64,000 nucleotides of DNA from Bacillales bacterium UBA4100 (GCA_002383285.1 DFXU01000049.1:8558-72557); one strand, 5' to 3'; counted from the first letter of the stretch, positions 28,965 through 40,799 are shown. Numbers and translations: made by a program. Notes: a model not told the origin generated them from the letters alone.

Positions 28965-30023
28965 ATGTCTGTAAACAAAAAGCTAGTCGGTGTCATGTGT
29001 CTGCTATTGGTGGTTGTTATGGCTCTAACGGCATGCGGCGGCAATAACAATGCGAATAATAAACCAGCTGCACCGACGAAGGAGCCTGCTAAGAGTGATG
29101 CTGCACCAGCAGCAGAAGGGCCGAAGTATAACTTCCGCCTTGCCGAGACTCATCCTGCTGATTATCCAACGACGAAAGCGGATATGAAGTTCGCTGAATT
29201 GGTTAAAGAGAAGTCAGCTGGTCGTATTACAATTGAGGTATTCCCTTCAGCGCAATTAGGTGAAGAGAAAGCCGCAATCGAGCAAGTGCAATTAGGTGCT
29301 ATTGAATTTACTCGAATTAGCTCAGGTCCACTAGGCGAATTTAATAAGGATTTTGGAGTATTCTCCTTACCTTACATCTTCGACAACGATGATCATGTAT
29401 GGAAGTTCCTGAAGGGTGATGCCGCAACAAAGCTGTTAGACAGCTTAGAAACGTCGAGACTGAAAGGTCTGACTTACTACAGCTCAGGCTCACGCAGCTT
29501 CTATTCAACGAAGCCGCTTACCTCGATTGAAGACCTGAAGGGTTTGAAAATCCGTGTAATCCAGAATAAATTGAACATCGATATCATGGATGCCTTGGGT
29601 GCAAGTGCAACACCAATGGCTTACGGTGAGGTATATAGCGCTCTACAGACAGGAGTTATCGATGCAGCGGAGAACAATTATCCAAGCTACTTCTCCAGTA
29701 AGCACTATGAGGTTGCCAAGCATTACATTCTTGATAGTCATCAACGTGTACCTGAAGTGCTTATGATGTCGAAGACCGCTTGGGATAAATTATCCCCAGA
29801 GGATCAAGCTATTATCAAAGAGGCAGCTCTGGAATCCACTGACTTCCAACGCACTGAGTGGGCAGCCTATGAGAAGGTATCTGAGGATGCAGTACGTGCA
29901 GCAGGAGCAACAATTACGGAAGTTACAGACGTAAAGCCTTGGCAGGATGCTGCTAAGCCAGTAATCGAGGCTAACACTGCAGAGTTCAAAGAAGTTCTTG
30001 ATGCAATTAATGCCGCTCGTTAA
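28965..30023 (+). CDS. TRAP transporter substrate-binding lipoprotein (DctP family)
   Basis: Signal peptide with lipobox LTAC-G and a DctP-like body (…FRLAETHPADYPT…). Confidence 0.85.
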   Translation: MSVNKKLVGVMCLLLVVVMALTACGGNNNANNKPAAPTKEPAKSDAAPAAEGPKYNFRLAETHPADYPTTKADMKFAELVKEKSAGRITIEVFPSAQLGEEKAAIEQVQLGAIEFTRISSGPLGEFNKDFGVFSLPYIFDNDDHVWKFLKGDAATKLLDSLETSRLKGLTYYSSGSRSFYSTKPLTSIEDLKGLKIRVIQNKLNIDIMDALGASATPMAYGEVYSALQTGVIDAAENNYPSYFSSKHYEVAKHYILDSHQRVPEVLMMSKTAWDKLSPEDQAIIKEAALESTDFQRTEWAAYEKVSEDAVRAAGATITEVTDVKPWQDAAKPVIEANTAEFKEVLDAINAAR

Positions 30024-30063
30024 TCCTATTTATGATAAACTTTATGAATAAGCATTAGGTAGG

Positions 30064-30089
30064 AGAGGCTCTGATATGAGCCTCTTTTG
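30064..30089 (+). terminator. Rho-independent terminator after dctP
   Basis: AGAGGCTC-TGATAT-GAGCCTCT followed by TTTTG. Confidence 0.75.
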
Positions 30090-30128
30090 CCAACTTCTCA
30101 GATGATGACAGCTTGGAGGTGAGCAGCC

Positions 30129-31982
30129 GTGTGGCGCAGGATACTTCGTCGTGAACATATTTTCCGAATATTACTGTTAAGAGATTTGTCACTTATGAAG
30201 AAGCTATTAGTATTCTCCGCGCTACTGGTTGTATTGCCGATGTTGTTTGTGGGCTTGATTTCCTACCACGAATCCTCTGATGTCCTAGAAGATGAGGCGC
30301 GTGATTATAGCTTGCAGATTATTGATCAGGTTCAGCTTTATGTGGAGGATTACTTACGCGACTTTGAAATTAACGCGCTTAAGATCATTAATCATCCCGA
30401 TACGGTACAGTTTCTCAGAACTGAAAGCACTGAACAGCTAGAAGAAAGCGATATGGTTTATCGCATGCGTAATGTACTGAAGAATTCCGCTTATTCAAGA
30501 TCGGACGTTGTGAATATCACGATTATTCTTGACGATATACAAGTCATTGATTCAGCCGATGTGGCGGATCGACAATCTGTGTTAGGCTTAAAGGACGAAT
30601 ATTGGTATGAATCCATTCCCTCGAGCGGTGAACCGAAAATTATTAGCCGTCTTATCCTGAGAGAGCAGGGAGAGCAGCCAGTGATCTCGATCTTTAAGCG
30701 GATCGTCAATCCACAGACGCTTAGACCATTCGGCATGCTGATCATTGATGTGAATTATAAACGTTTGCAGGATGTCGCTTACAAGGTGCAGCCCGGTAAG
30801 ACAGGGTACTTATTCATGCTCGATGAGCAGGGCTACTACGTATATCATCCGGATTACACAAGAATTGGGCAGAAGGGTAATTCCGTTGATATAACAGCCA
30901 TGCATGCAAGTACGAGCGGCTCGATTATATCGGCCATACAGCCTAAGAGTCTGTTGACATTCAGTCAGAGTAATATATTGAAGTGGCAGATCGTAACGTC
31001 TATTCCCTACGATGAACTAATGAGAGGAACCGAATATATCGGAAGGACGATTTTGTTCACTACCGTTATATTCATGATTATTGCTTATCTAATGGTTATT
31101 GGCTTCGCCTCAAGCTTAGTTAAACCTATTAAACAGCTTCACGAGTATACCAAGCGTGTCGAGGTCGGAGACTTCTCAGGTAAGGTCACCGTGAATTCCA
31201 AGGATGAGATTGGCATGCTGTCGCATGGCTTTAATAAGATGGTGGATCGGCTATCCAGACTATTGGAGGAAATATACTTCTCCAAGCTGAAGGCTGCTGA
31301 GCTGGGTTTACGGCAGAAGGATACAGAGCTGAAGATGCTGCAAGCACAAATTAATCCACACTTTCTATACAATTCATTAGAGACCATTCGTGGTATGGCA
31401 CTAGAGCGTGATATGGACGAAATCTCAGTTATGGCTGCCTCGTTAGCGAGATTACTTCGATATAATGTGAAGGAAGAATCAACGGAGACGACCGTACGAC
31501 AGGAAGTTGAGATAGGCGAAATATACTTGCGTATTCAGAAGTTTCGTTTCGAAGAGAAGCTAATCTATACATTTGACATACCTAATTGGGCGATGCAGCA
31601 AGAGATTGCAAAATTTACATTGCAGCCACTTATTGAGAATAGTATTGTGCATGGATTAGAGGCTCAGGCTGGAGTGACAACGATTACCATCTCGGCACGA
31701 AGATCGGAGCAGCCAGATACATTCATTCTGCGAATAACCGATACAGGGCCTGGGATTGAAGCGTTAAAGCTAAAGGATTTGATATATCGTTTAGAGCATG
31801 ATGAGGAGATTGAATTATCCACTCAGCATATTGGTATCATGAATGTACATCGGAGAATTCGGTTTATCTTCGGTCAGGCTTATGGATTATTCGTCGAGAG
31901 TGAGCCTGGAGTAGGAACAACAGTGGGAATAAGGTTGCCGTTACGAACGCCTCAAGAGGAGAGGAGGAAGCTGAATGTATAA
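30129..31982 (+). CDS. Sensor histidine kinase, YesM-like (two TM, extracytoplasmic domain, HAMP, His_kinase, HATPase)
   Basis: HAMP segment, LQAQINPHFLYNSL H-box and a C-terminal ATPase. GTG 30129 is preceded by GGAGGTG at 7-nt spacing. Confidence 0.85.
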   Translation: MWRRILRREHIFRILLLRDLSLMKKLLVFSALLVVLPMLFVGLISYHESSDVLEDEARDYSLQIIDQVQLYVEDYLRDFEINALKIINHPDTVQFLRTESTEQLEESDMVYRMRNVLKNSAYSRSDVVNITIILDDIQVIDSADVADRQSVLGLKDEYWYESIPSSGEPKIISRLILREQGEQPVISIFKRIVNPQTLRPFGMLIIDVNYKRLQDVAYKVQPGKTGYLFMLDEQGYYVYHPDYTRIGQKGNSVDITAMHASTSGSIISAIQPKSLLTFSQSNILKWQIVTSIPYDELMRGTEYIGRTILFTTVIFMIIAYLMVIGFASSLVKPIKQLHEYTKRVEVGDFSGKVTVNSKDEIGMLSHGFNKMVDRLSRLLEEIYFSKLKAAELGLRQKDTELKMLQAQINPHFLYNSLETIRGMALERDMDEISVMAASLARLLRYNVKEESTETTVRQEVEIGEIYLRIQKFRFEEKLIYTFDIPNWAMQQEIAKFTLQPLIENSIVHGLEAQAGVTTITISARRSEQPDTFILRITDTGPGIEALKLKDLIYRLEHDEEIELSTQHIGIMNVHRRIRFIFGQAYGLFVESEPGVGTTVGIRLPLRTPQEERRKLNV

Positions 31983-32712
31983 CATTCTGCTGGTTGAGGA
32001 TGAGAGATGGGTAAGGACCGCTATAAGAAAGACGATCGAGAAGACTGAGCTTCCCTTCCGAGTTATTCATGAATCGACGAATGGGATGGAGGCTGTCGAT
32101 TGGTTGAACGATCACGAAGCCTCGCTCGTGCTTACTGATATCAGAATGCCAGTGATGGATGGCCTTGCTCTAATGGAAGAAATTCGTCGACGGAATAACG
32201 ATACAGCCGTTATTATTATTAGCGGACATGACGATTTCTCCTATGCAAGACGAGCGATTCAATGCGGCGCATTCGATTATTTATTAAAGCCTGTAGAAGC
32301 GGCAAATTTAAGTGAATGCTTACAGAAGTGGATGAATCATCAGGATAAGGAGCTACACGCTATGCCGGTGGATAACCCAATTGATATTAAGGAAATATCA
32401 CCGATCGAGCAGGTTACCCGCCATATTGATTCCATGCTGATACCGGAGCTGACATTAACCGAGGCAGCTGCTATGGTACACTTAAATCCGAGCTACTTCT
32501 GCAAATTATTCAAGCAGCAAACGAAAATGAATTTTACAGATTATCTCACAAAGGTACGAATGAAAGAAGCAACGAGGCTGCTGGAGAAGACATCGCTTCG
32601 TATATCTGAAATTGCTGAACGGCTAGGGTATGCGGATCTTGCATACTTCAGCAACACCTTCAAAAAAACGATGGGATCCACACCGAGTGAGTACAGAAAA
32701 ACGAGAGAATAG
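31975..32712 (+). CDS. Response regulator with AraC-type output domain (YesN-like)
   Basis: Receiver (ILLVEDE…TDIRMP…) plus a C-terminal AraC HTH (…YFCKLFKQQTKMNFTDYL…GYADLAYFSNTFKKTMGSTPSEYR). Confidence 0.9.
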   Translation: MYNILLVEDERWVRTAIRKTIEKTELPFRVIHESTNGMEAVDWLNDHEASLVLTDIRMPVMDGLALMEEIRRRNNDTAVIIISGHDDFSYARRAIQCGAFDYLLKPVEAANLSECLQKWMNHQDKELHAMPVDNPIDIKEISPIEQVTRHIDSMLIPELTLTEAAAMVHLNPSYFCKLFKQQTKMNFTDYLTKVRMKEATRLLEKTSLRISEIAERLGYADLAYFSNTFKKTMGSTPSEYRKTRE

Positions 32713-32724
32713 GAGATGTTAACA

Positions 32725-33045
32725 ATGACTACAGAGCTACTATGGGAGAATGCAGAGCCAGGTGTAAAACGTAGAATATTCGCTCCGGGGGAGCAGCTAA
32801 TGATGATGGAGGTTCATTTTGAGGAAGGGGCAGAAGGGTATGAGCATAGTCATCCTCACGAGCAAATGAGCTATTGTCTGAGAGGCAGCATTGAATTTAC
32901 AATAAATGGGCAGAAAAGCGTTGTTGTTGCAGGCGAAACGATTGTGATTCCCGGTGGTTCTAAGCATGGGGCGCGTGCGCTAGAGCCTTCCGCCTTATTA
33001 GATACGTTCACACCATTGCGATTAGATTTGTTAAAAAGAGCGTAA
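32725..33045 (+). CDS. Cupin domain protein
   Basis: GYEHSHPHEQ…GSKHGARALE cupin motifs. ATG 32725 is better spaced from the GGAG than ATG 32716. Confidence 0.7.
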   Translation: MTTELLWENAEPGVKRRIFAPGEQLMMMEVHFEEGAEGYEHSHPHEQMSYCLRGSIEFTINGQKSVVVAGETIVIPGGSKHGARALEPSALLDTFTPLRLDLLKRA

Positions 33046-33132
33046 TGGCAATGTTATCCCTCCTATAACAATGGCGAAGCTGATTCCTCTTGTGTATAAT
33101 AGGATCAGATACAACCTTTCGGGGAGGATAAT

Positions 33133-34083
33133 ATGAATAGCGACAGATTAAGAATTTTCTCGGGTTCTTCGAATCCTGGGTTATCACAACGAATATGTAA
33201 TGAGCTAGGTCAACCATTAGGCAGAATTAAACTTTCCCGATTTAAGAGCGGAGAGATTTATTGTTTATATGAGGAGTCTATACGTAACTGTGACGTATTC
33301 CTAGTCCAAACGTTCTCGCATCCCATTAATGAGCACTTCATGGAGCTCTTAGTAATGATAGATGCAGCCAAGCGTGCTTCTGCTCGTACCATTACGCTCG
33401 TTGTTCCCTATTACGGGTACTCCCGTCAAGAGCGCAAGGCAGCCCCTAGGGAGCCGATCTCAGCCAAATTGGTTGCGGATTTGCTTACAACGGCGGGCGC
33501 TGATCGCGTAGTAACCATTGATTTGCATGCGCCAGCCATTCAAGGATTCTTCAATATCCCTGTCGATCACTTAACAGCGCTTGATCTGATCAGTGATTAT
33601 ATTATTAAGAAGAATGTCATTAATCCGCTTGTGGTATCTCCGGATGCGGGTCGAGCAACTACAGCGGAACGATTGGCAAGTAACCTGGATTCTCCGTTTG
33701 CGATTATGATCAAGAAGAGACCGGCTCATAACGAGTCGGTTATTACGCATATTATTGGTGAGGTTGAGGGGATGACCCCAATTATCATCGAGGATTTAAT
33801 CGATACGGGAACGACGATTGTTAACGTTGTAGAAGGACTAAAGGAAAGAGGGGCTAGAGATGTCTATATATGCGCAACTCACCCCGTATTCTCAGCGGGT
33901 GCGTTGGAGCGGCTAGACCATCCTTTTATCAAGGAGGTTGTGGTCACAGATTCCATTGCACTTCCAGAATCGCATGCAGATCGCTTCAAGGTCATCTCGA
34001 TGGCCCCTTTGTTGTCTGATGCCATACGTATTATTGTTGAAGGTGGATCCATTAGCACCTTGTTTAAATACGGTGGAGTTTAA
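33133..34083 (+). CDS. prs: Ribose-phosphate pyrophosphokinase
   Basis: LRIFSGSSNPGL…, YYGYSRQERK and the PRPP loop IIEDLIDTGTT. Confidence 0.9.
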   Translation: MNSDRLRIFSGSSNPGLSQRICNELGQPLGRIKLSRFKSGEIYCLYEESIRNCDVFLVQTFSHPINEHFMELLVMIDAAKRASARTITLVVPYYGYSRQERKAAPREPISAKLVADLLTTAGADRVVTIDLHAPAIQGFFNIPVDHLTALDLISDYIIKKNVINPLVVSPDAGRATTAERLASNLDSPFAIMIKKRPAHNESVITHIIGEVEGMTPIIIEDLIDTGTTIVNVVEGLKERGARDVYICATHPVFSAGALERLDHPFIKEVVVTDSIALPESHADRFKVISMAPLLSDAIRIIVEGGSISTLFKYGGV

Positions 34084-34138
34084 CAAATTTTCACAAAATA
34101 TGAGATAGTCGATAGTTGAATAGGAGGTGCCTTAGCCA

Positions 34139-35878
34139 ATGGGAAAGAAGAAGCTGGCAAGCCCATCACAGAAGCCTAAAGTCATACCACTTAGAATGGA
34201 TGCCACTTTCTTTTTTGAGAGAGCTGTACAATCGTTGGACCGCCTCCATTATGAGAAGGCATTGAAGTACTTTCGAAGAGCGGTAGAATACGAGCCGAAC
34301 AATCCTGTCAATCATTGTAATATGGCTGGGATTCTAAGCGAGCTAAGTCAATATGAAGAGTCCAATAAGATCTTAAAGCATATCGTTGAGCATATTGATG
34401 AGACGATGACAGAATGCTATTTCTACATGGCTAACAATTATGCGAATATGGATGATTTCGAAGCAGCAGAGGTTGTGTTGGTTCAATATCTAGAGCATGA
34501 TCTTGTTGGTCAGTTTATGGATGAAGCCGAAGAGATGATCGAGTTACTGAGCTATGAGTTAGAGCGCCCAATCAAATTGAAGAATATCAAGAGCCGTGAA
34601 GGCCTGTTCGAGCATGATAAAGCTCGTAGCTTACTTGAGGATGGGCAGTTCTCAGAAGCTGTGCGTGTTCTAGAGAAGCTGGTTAAGAAGCATCCTGATC
34701 TGTTGGCCGCACGCAATAATCTTGCTTTAGCCTTGTATTATATAGGTGAGTTTGAACGTTCTCTTGATGAAATTCGTGAGGTATTGAACATAGACCAGGG
34801 TAATCTGCACGCCATGTGTAATCTGGCCATATTCTATCAGCACTTCGGTAAGAAGGAGGAGCTGGATGGACTTATTGACAAGCTATCTCGCACATATCCG
34901 TTTCACCAAGAGCATGTATTCAAATTAGCGACAACGATGGGTATTCTCAATGAGCATGAGACAGCATTGCGTCATTTCCGCAGACTATTAAAGAGCGGAG
35001 AAGGCGAGCAGGATCCTTGCTTGTATCATTATACAGCTGTGGCTGCTTATAATACGGGTCACCTTGAAGAAGCTAAACGATTGTGGCGCAAGGCTGGCAA
35101 GATGGATCCAGATTCGGAAATCCCTAGATTCTATCTCAGTGAGCTTAACCATGCTGAACAAGGTAATGAACCATTGCCATTAAACTATCATTATCATCTG
35201 CCTTTCGAGGACCAGATTCGCTTGCCAGATCGAACAGCCGATAGTCTTGGAGACCAGCCCGATCGCAATCCATTGGTCCGATCCTCATTCTTCTGGGCAT
35301 TGAAGCATGGTGACTTCGATACGAAATTACAGGTTCTTCAAGCGTTTGGTAAAGTGAAGGATCGCGAGGCTGAGCATGCATTGCTCCAGTTTCTGTTGGA
35401 GCCTAATGAAGATGAATATTTGAAGAAGGTAGCTATATTCGTCCTGCGCACCATGGGGACAGCTGAACCGATACATGCCCTATTAGAGGGAAAGCATATC
35501 CAATTAGATCCTTCGCGAATTGCTCCGAACTTGCCGTTATGGGAGGAGAAGTGGCAGAAGGTCATGGAGTCGGCAATGCGTACGATGGATAAGAGATATG
35601 ATATGATCCAACAGCACGATCTGCAAACGCTGTGGGTAGAATTTCTAACACGCTCGTATCCAACTATACCGATTGTAAGCAAGGTTGAAGCTTGGGCTGC
35701 AGCTCTGGAATACCTAACAGCAAAGATGCATCGACGTGAAATTTCCTACAAGGAAGTATCTGCAAGATATGGAGTTTCTGTTCAGACGATAAGTAAGCAT
35801 GTGAAGACGATTGATCTTGCCTGCGGACTTAGAGAGAAGATGGAAGCAATCTTTCCAAGGTTTAATGGGAAGCTCTAA
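34139..35878 (+). CDS. Tetratricopeptide-repeat protein with a possible C-terminal HTH
   Basis: Multiple TPR-like units (…YEKALKYFRRAVEYEPNNP…). The C-terminal ISYKEVSARYGVSVQTISKHVKTI looks HTH-like. Confidence 0.65.
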   Translation: MGKKKLASPSQKPKVIPLRMDATFFFERAVQSLDRLHYEKALKYFRRAVEYEPNNPVNHCNMAGILSELSQYEESNKILKHIVEHIDETMTECYFYMANNYANMDDFEAAEVVLVQYLEHDLVGQFMDEAEEMIELLSYELERPIKLKNIKSREGLFEHDKARSLLEDGQFSEAVRVLEKLVKKHPDLLAARNNLALALYYIGEFERSLDEIREVLNIDQGNLHAMCNLAIFYQHFGKKEELDGLIDKLSRTYPFHQEHVFKLATTMGILNEHETALRHFRRLLKSGEGEQDPCLYHYTAVAAYNTGHLEEAKRLWRKAGKMDPDSEIPRFYLSELNHAEQGNEPLPLNYHYHLPFEDQIRLPDRTADSLGDQPDRNPLVRSSFFWALKHGDFDTKLQVLQAFGKVKDREAEHALLQFLLEPNEDEYLKKVAIFVLRTMGTAEPIHALLEGKHIQLDPSRIAPNLPLWEEKWQKVMESAMRTMDKRYDMIQQHDLQTLWVEFLTRSYPTIPIVSKVEAWAAALEYLTAKMHRREISYKEVSARYGVSVQTISKHVKTIDLACGLREKMEAIFPRFNGKL

Positions 35879-35920
35879 TTTGAATCCAAACACACAAATG
35901 AGAAAGGAAGCGAAGTAAAC

Positions 35921-36868
35921 ATGTATCAAGCAATCGTTATCGGAACAGGGCCAGCTGGACTAACAGCTGCGATCTACCTTGCTCGCGCAAATCTCAGCCC
36001 GCTCATTATTGAAGGGCCTGAACCTGGAGGTCAACTAACCACTACTACGGAGGTAGAGAATTTCCCTGGATTTCCTGATGGCATTATGGGACCGGAGCTT
36101 ATGGACAATATGCGTAAACAGGCTATTCGCTTTGGCGCAGAGTTTCGTACGGGTTGGGTTAACTCCATTGATCTATCTGAACGCCCTTTCAAGCTTCAGG
36201 TCGAAGGCCATGGTGAGCTTGTTTCTCAATCCATCATTATCTCTACGGGTGCCTCTGCAAAATTGTTAGGTATTCCTAATGAGAAGGAAAGTATGGGGCG
36301 TGGCGTAAGCACTTGCGCAACCTGTGATGGATTCTTCTTCCGTGGTAAGAAGATTATTGTAGTTGGTGGCGGAGATTCAGCAATGGAGGAGGCTAATTTC
36401 TTAACTCGCTTTGCTACGGAAGTCCATGTTGTCCACCGTCGTGATGAATTACGTGCATCCAAGATTATGCAAGATCGTGCTCGTGAGAATAACAAAGTTA
36501 CCTGGGGACTTGGTCAAATTCCAGTTGAGGTCATCTCTGGTGAGAAGGGTGTAACTGGACTAAAGGTGAGACATGCGGAGACTGGTATCGAACGAGTCAT
36601 TGAGACCGATGGTATCTTCGTTGCAATTGGTCATAATCCGAATACAGAGTTCCTGAAGGGGCAGCTAGAGACGGATACAATCGGATATCTCGTAGTAAAG
36701 CCAGGTACCTCCGAGACGAACATTGCTGGTGTGTTCGCTTGTGGTGACGTTCAGGATAGCAAGTATCGCCAGGCTATTACAGCCGCTGGAAGTGGATGTA
36801 TGGCCGCTTTAGACTGCGAGAAATTCTTAGAAGGCAGTATGGTCCACGATTGGAGCGTATCTCTCTAG
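35921..36868 (+). CDS. trxB: Thioredoxin-disulfide reductase
   Basis: GTGPAG FAD motif, redox-active [21 protein letters not shown] motif. Confidence 0.95.
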   Translation: MYQAIVIGTGPAGLTAAIYLARANLSPLIIEGPEPGGQLTTTTEVENFPGFPDGIMGPELMDNMRKQAIRFGAEFRTGWVNSIDLSERPFKLQVEGHGELVSQSIIISTGASAKLLGIPNEKESMGRGVSTCATCDGFFFRGKKIIVVGGGDSAMEEANFLTRFATEVHVVHRRDELRASKIMQDRARENNKVTWGLGQIPVEVISGEKGVTGLKVRHAETGIERVIETDGIFVAIGHNPNTEFLKGQLETDTIGYLVVKPGTSETNIAGVFACGDVQDSKYRQAITAAGSGCMAALDCEKFLEGSMVHDWSVSL

Positions 36869-36930
36869 TAAGGGAAGCATCTTCTTACGTGGACCTGATT
36901 TTTCGTTTTAATTCTAATTCGAGGTGAACT

Positions 36931-37878
36931 ATGTCAGAGCAAATTTATATTGGTGTGGATTTAGGCGGAACTTCGATTAAGACGGGATTGTGTGACCAAG
37001 AGGGTCAATTGTTGAAGGTAATCGAAACCCCCACACAGACCGATCTGGGTACAGAGGCAGTATTGAATAATATTGCAGCAAGCACACGACTTATTGTCGA
37101 GGACTCTGCCTATTCCTGGGATCAGGTTATGGGTATAGGAGCTGGCATTCCAGGGTTTATGGATTTCGATGAAGGGTTTATGCACTTCTCTCCGAATTTA
37201 CCATTAACCAATGTTCCGATTAAGAATATTCTAGAAGAAAAGCTGGGCAAGACGGTCATCATTAATAATGATGCGAACGTGGCAGCGCTCGGTGAAGCTT
37301 GGAGCGGAGCGGGCAAGGGTGTTAATATTCTGGTCTGCTACACATTAGGTACGGGCGTAGGCGGCGGCATTATCATCAATGGTAATATTCTACAAGGCTC
37401 ATCCGGAATGGGTGGGGAGCTTGGGCATATGGCCATTGTACCTGATCTAGAAGCGATTCAATGCGGCTGTGGTCAGATGGGCTGCTTAGAGACGGTTGCC
37501 TCCGCGACAGGGATTATACGGATGGCTAATGATGCTGTAGAGCGTGGAGATCGTACAATGTTAGTTGATGTTCTACACATCACAGCGAAGGATGTATTCG
37601 ATGCCGCGAAGGCGGGCGACGAGACAGCGGACCGTATTATTAAGCGTGCGGCCTTCTATCTGGGTAAGTCCATGGCGACGATTTCAGTAACGATTAATCC
37701 GAACCGATTCGTAATCGGTGGAGGTGTTTCGAATGCAGGCGATATTATATTGAAGCCTGTACAAGAGGTGTTCAAGAAATTTGCACCCCTTAAAGCGCAG
37801 GAGAATGTTGAAATTGTGATAGCGAAGCTAGGTAACAACGCTGGTGTTATAGGTGCAGCTGGCCTCTGCTTACGTTGA
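36931..37878 (+). CDS. glcK: ROK-family glucokinase
   Basis: GVDLGGTSIK, NDANVAALGE and the ROK Cys motif CGCGQMGCLE. Confidence 0.85.
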   Translation: MSEQIYIGVDLGGTSIKTGLCDQEGQLLKVIETPTQTDLGTEAVLNNIAASTRLIVEDSAYSWDQVMGIGAGIPGFMDFDEGFMHFSPNLPLTNVPIKNILEEKLGKTVIINNDANVAALGEAWSGAGKGVNILVCYTLGTGVGGGIIINGNILQGSSGMGGELGHMAIVPDLEAIQCGCGQMGCLETVASATGIIRMANDAVERGDRTMLVDVLHITAKDVFDAAKAGDETADRIIKRAAFYLGKSMATISVTINPNRFVIGGGVSNAGDIILKPVQEVFKKFAPLKAQENVEIVIAKLGNNAGVIGAAGLCLR

Positions 37879-37956
37879 GCTTGAGTTTAGGGGTCCGTTC
37901 ACTTATTACGTTTACGTAAACCGTCCTTTATTTTTTTGGAAAGGTAGGAACCTGAG

Positions 37957-38838
37957 ATGAAAGAAGAAGCACGTATCGCGGAGCTCGTCATTATTACCGG
38001 AATGTCGGGGGCTGGAAAAACGATTGCAGTGCAGAGTCTTGAGGATCTCGGGTTTTTCTGCGTCGATAATTTACCGCCGGCTCTTATACCGAAATTTGCT
38101 GAATTAATCGAACAATCGAGTGGGAAGATTGGGAAGGTCGCATTGGTTATCGATCTTAGAGGCCGAGAATTCTTCACATCATTATCAGAGTCCCTAAGAT
38201 TTCTCAAGGATAATCACACAATTAATTACGAAATTCTGTTCCTTGAATCGAAGGATAGCATACTTGTGCAGCGTTATAAGGAAAGCCGACGCCGGCATCC
38301 GCTTGCCCCTGAAGGTCTGCCTCTCGATGGTATTGAGCTCGAACGTAAGCTGCTTGAAGAATTAAAGGGCTTAGCTACTCAGGTCATTGATACAAGTGAT
38401 ATAAAGCCTAATAAGCTTAAGGAATTGATTGTCTCTAGATTTAACAACAGGCAAGCGAGTGGAATTACGATCAATTTGACCTCCTTCGGGTTTAAATATG
38501 GGGTGCCGATCGATGCGGATCTCATATTCGATGTCAGATTTCTACCCAATCCACATTATATTGAGCATCTACGTCCTCGTACAGGGATGGATGAAGAGGT
38601 TTATGATTATGTGATGAAGTGGTCGGAAACCCAAATTTTCTTAACTAAGCTATTAGATATGTTGAATTTTCTGATCCCTCAATATAATAAAGAAGGAAAA
38701 AGCCAGGTTGTTATTGGTATAGGGTGTACTGGTGGTAAGCATCGTTCCGTGGCAATAGCCGAATTCCTAGGTAAGCGGTTGGAGACAAGAGAGTCAGAGA
38801 CAGTAAGAGTGAGCCACAGGGACTCAGATCGCGACTAG
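37957..38838 (+). CDS. rapZ: RNase adapter / nucleotide-binding protein RapZ (YvcJ)
   Basis: P-loop [12 protein letters not shown], and the C-terminal [10 protein letters not shown] motif. Confidence 0.9.
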   Translation: MKEEARIAELVIITGMSGAGKTIAVQSLEDLGFFCVDNLPPALIPKFAELIEQSSGKIGKVALVIDLRGREFFTSLSESLRFLKDNHTINYEILFLESKDSILVQRYKESRRRHPLAPEGLPLDGIELERKLLEELKGLATQVIDTSDIKPNKLKELIVSRFNNRQASGITINLTSFGFKYGVPIDADLIFDVRFLPNPHYIEHLRPRTGMDEEVYDYVMKWSETQIFLTKLLDMLNFLIPQYNKEGKSQVVIGIGCTGGKHRSVAIAEFLGKRLETRESETVRVSHRDSDRD

Positions 38839-38872
38839 GGTAAGCTGGCTTGTTAAGTTAGGGGATGAGTAG

Positions 38873-39928
38873 ATGAAATTAAATACAGGGATAAAACATG
38901 TGCCCCGTATTGTCGTAATCGGAGGAGGAACGGGTCTCTCAGTCATGCTGCGTGGTCTTAAGCATAAGCCGCTCGACATAACAGCAATTGTTACTGTAGC
39001 GGATGATGGCGGAAGCTCTGGAATTCTAAGATCGGAATTGAATATCCCTCCTCCAGGAGACATACGTAATGTATTGGTTGCTCTGGCAGACGTGGAGCCG
39101 ATGCTAGAGAAGGTGCTGGAATACCGATTTCGTACAGGAAATGGATTAGCAGGTCATAGTTTGGGCAATCTTATTCTAGCAGCAATGAAAGATATAACCG
39201 GTGATTTTGTTACTGGAGTGAAGGAATTAAGTAAGGTGCTCGCGGTTAGAGGGAGGGTGCTTCCTGCATCTGGTCAAGCGATCGTACTTAAGGCGGAACT
39301 GGACAATGGCGAGATTATCGAGGGTGAATCTCAGATTCCTCTCGCCAAGCATCCAATCAAGCGTGTATTCCTCGAGCCTGCGGATGCTAAACCTCTTGAA
39401 GAAGCTTTGGACGCTCTTCGAGAGGCCGATGCCATACTAGTAGGACCGGGAAGCTTGTTCACGAGCATATTACCTAATTTGCTCGTTCCACAGATGGCTA
39501 AGACGATTGAACAATCATCAGCGCTTAAGATGTATGTATGCAATGTGATGACTCAGCCTGGCGAGACGGATCATTATAGCGTAAGCGATCATTTACGAGC
39601 TATTGAGAATCATGTTGGCTGCCGGCTCTTCGATTATGTCATTGTCAATAATGGTGACATACCTGCTGATGTTGTAGAACGATATGCAGAGCAAGGCGCA
39701 GCTAAAGTAAGATTAGATTTGGATAAGGTTTCAGAGCTTGGCTATCAGATTATCGCCGACAAGCTGGTATTATTCCAAACTTATTTACGCCATGATGCTA
39801 GTAGGCTAAGCGGTCATATTAACCGTTTGGTGAAGGAATGGCTGAGCAAAGAAGAGGTGAAACGGCATGTCATTCGCAGCCCAGACGAAGAAAGAGCTAA
39901 CCCAAGTCGAAGCAGCTCCGTGCTGTGA
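38873..39928 (+). CDS. yvcK: Gluconeogenesis factor YvcK (CofD-like, UPF0052)
   Basis: [10 protein letters not shown]…VADDGGSSG… motifs. The 3' end overlaps whiA by 62 nt. Confidence 0.85.
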   Translation: MKLNTGIKHVPRIVVIGGGTGLSVMLRGLKHKPLDITAIVTVADDGGSSGILRSELNIPPPGDIRNVLVALADVEPMLEKVLEYRFRTGNGLAGHSLGNLILAAMKDITGDFVTGVKELSKVLAVRGRVLPASGQAIVLKAELDNGEIIEGESQIPLAKHPIKRVFLEPADAKPLEEALDALREADAILVGPGSLFTSILPNLLVPQMAKTIEQSSALKMYVCNVMTQPGETDHYSVSDHLRAIENHVGCRLFDYVIVNNGDIPADVVERYAEQGAAKVRLDLDKVSELGYQIIADKLVLFQTYLRHDASRLSGHINRLVKEWLSKEEVKRHVIRSPDEERANPSRSSSVL

Positions 39929-40799
39929 GAAGGCAGAGCTGTCCGCACTGATTAGAATGAACGGCACAGTTCAGCTCTCTCGGCAGCGTATGATGCTGGA
40001 TATCTCTACCGAGAATGCAGCAATCGCAAGGCGAATTTATACGTTGATTAAGAAGCAATATCAGATTCATGTGGAGCTGCTTGTTCGCAAAAAAATGCGA
40101 TTGAAGAAAAACAACGTCTATATTGTTCGTATTCCTGATGGAGTACAAGCTCTGCTATCCGATCTTTATATTGTCTCGGAGGGCTTTCAATTTACACCGG
40201 GTATTAATCCGAAGATTGTGAAGAACGCTTGCTGTCGTCGAGCCTATCTTCGGGGGGCCTTTCTTGCTGGTGGCTCCGTGAACAATCCAGAGGGCTCATC
40301 CTATCATCTAGAAATCGCATCGATGTATGAAGAGCATTGTAAAGCTCTATGTAATTTGGCTAATAAATTTACACTCAATGCACGTTGTATCGAACGTAAG
40401 AAGGGCTTTGTGCTCTATATTAAGGAAGGCGAGAAAATTATTGAATTCCTCAATATTATAGGCGCGCACCAAGCGCTATTCAAGTTTGAGGATGTCCGGA
40501 TCATGCGGGATATGCGGAATTCGGTTAATCGAATAGTGAATTGTGAGACGGCTAACTTGAATAAAACCATTGGAGCTGCGGTGCGGCAAATTGAGAATAT
40601 AAGATTACTGGAGAAAGAGATAGGGCTGCACACATTACCTGATCGACTTCGTGAGGTGGCTGAGGTTAGGATTCAGCATCCCGATATGAACCTAACTGAG
40701 GTGGGAGAGATGCTTCGGGGTAAGGTCAGTAAATCGGGTGTTAACCATAGATTGAGAAAAATCGATGAAATGGCAGAAAAAATCAGGGAACAGCGGTAG
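39867..40799 (+). CDS. whiA: DNA-binding protein WhiA
   Basis: The [12 protein letters not shown]-terminus, LAGLIDADG-like repeats and a C-terminal HTH (…[11 protein letters not shown]) are present. Confidence 0.9.
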   Translation: MSFAAQTKKELTQVEAAPCCEKAELSALIRMNGTVQLSRQRMMLDISTENAAIARRIYTLIKKQYQIHVELLVRKKMRLKKNNVYIVRIPDGVQALLSDLYIVSEGFQFTPGINPKIVKNACCRRAYLRGAFLAGGSVNNPEGSSYHLEIASMYEEHCKALCNLANKFTLNARCIERKKGFVLYIKEGEKIIEFLNIIGAHQALFKFEDVRIMRDMRNSVNRIVNCETANLNKTIGAAVRQIENIRLLEKEIGLHTLPDRLREVAEVRIQHPDMNLTEVGEMLRGKVSKSGVNHRLRKIDEMAEKIREQR

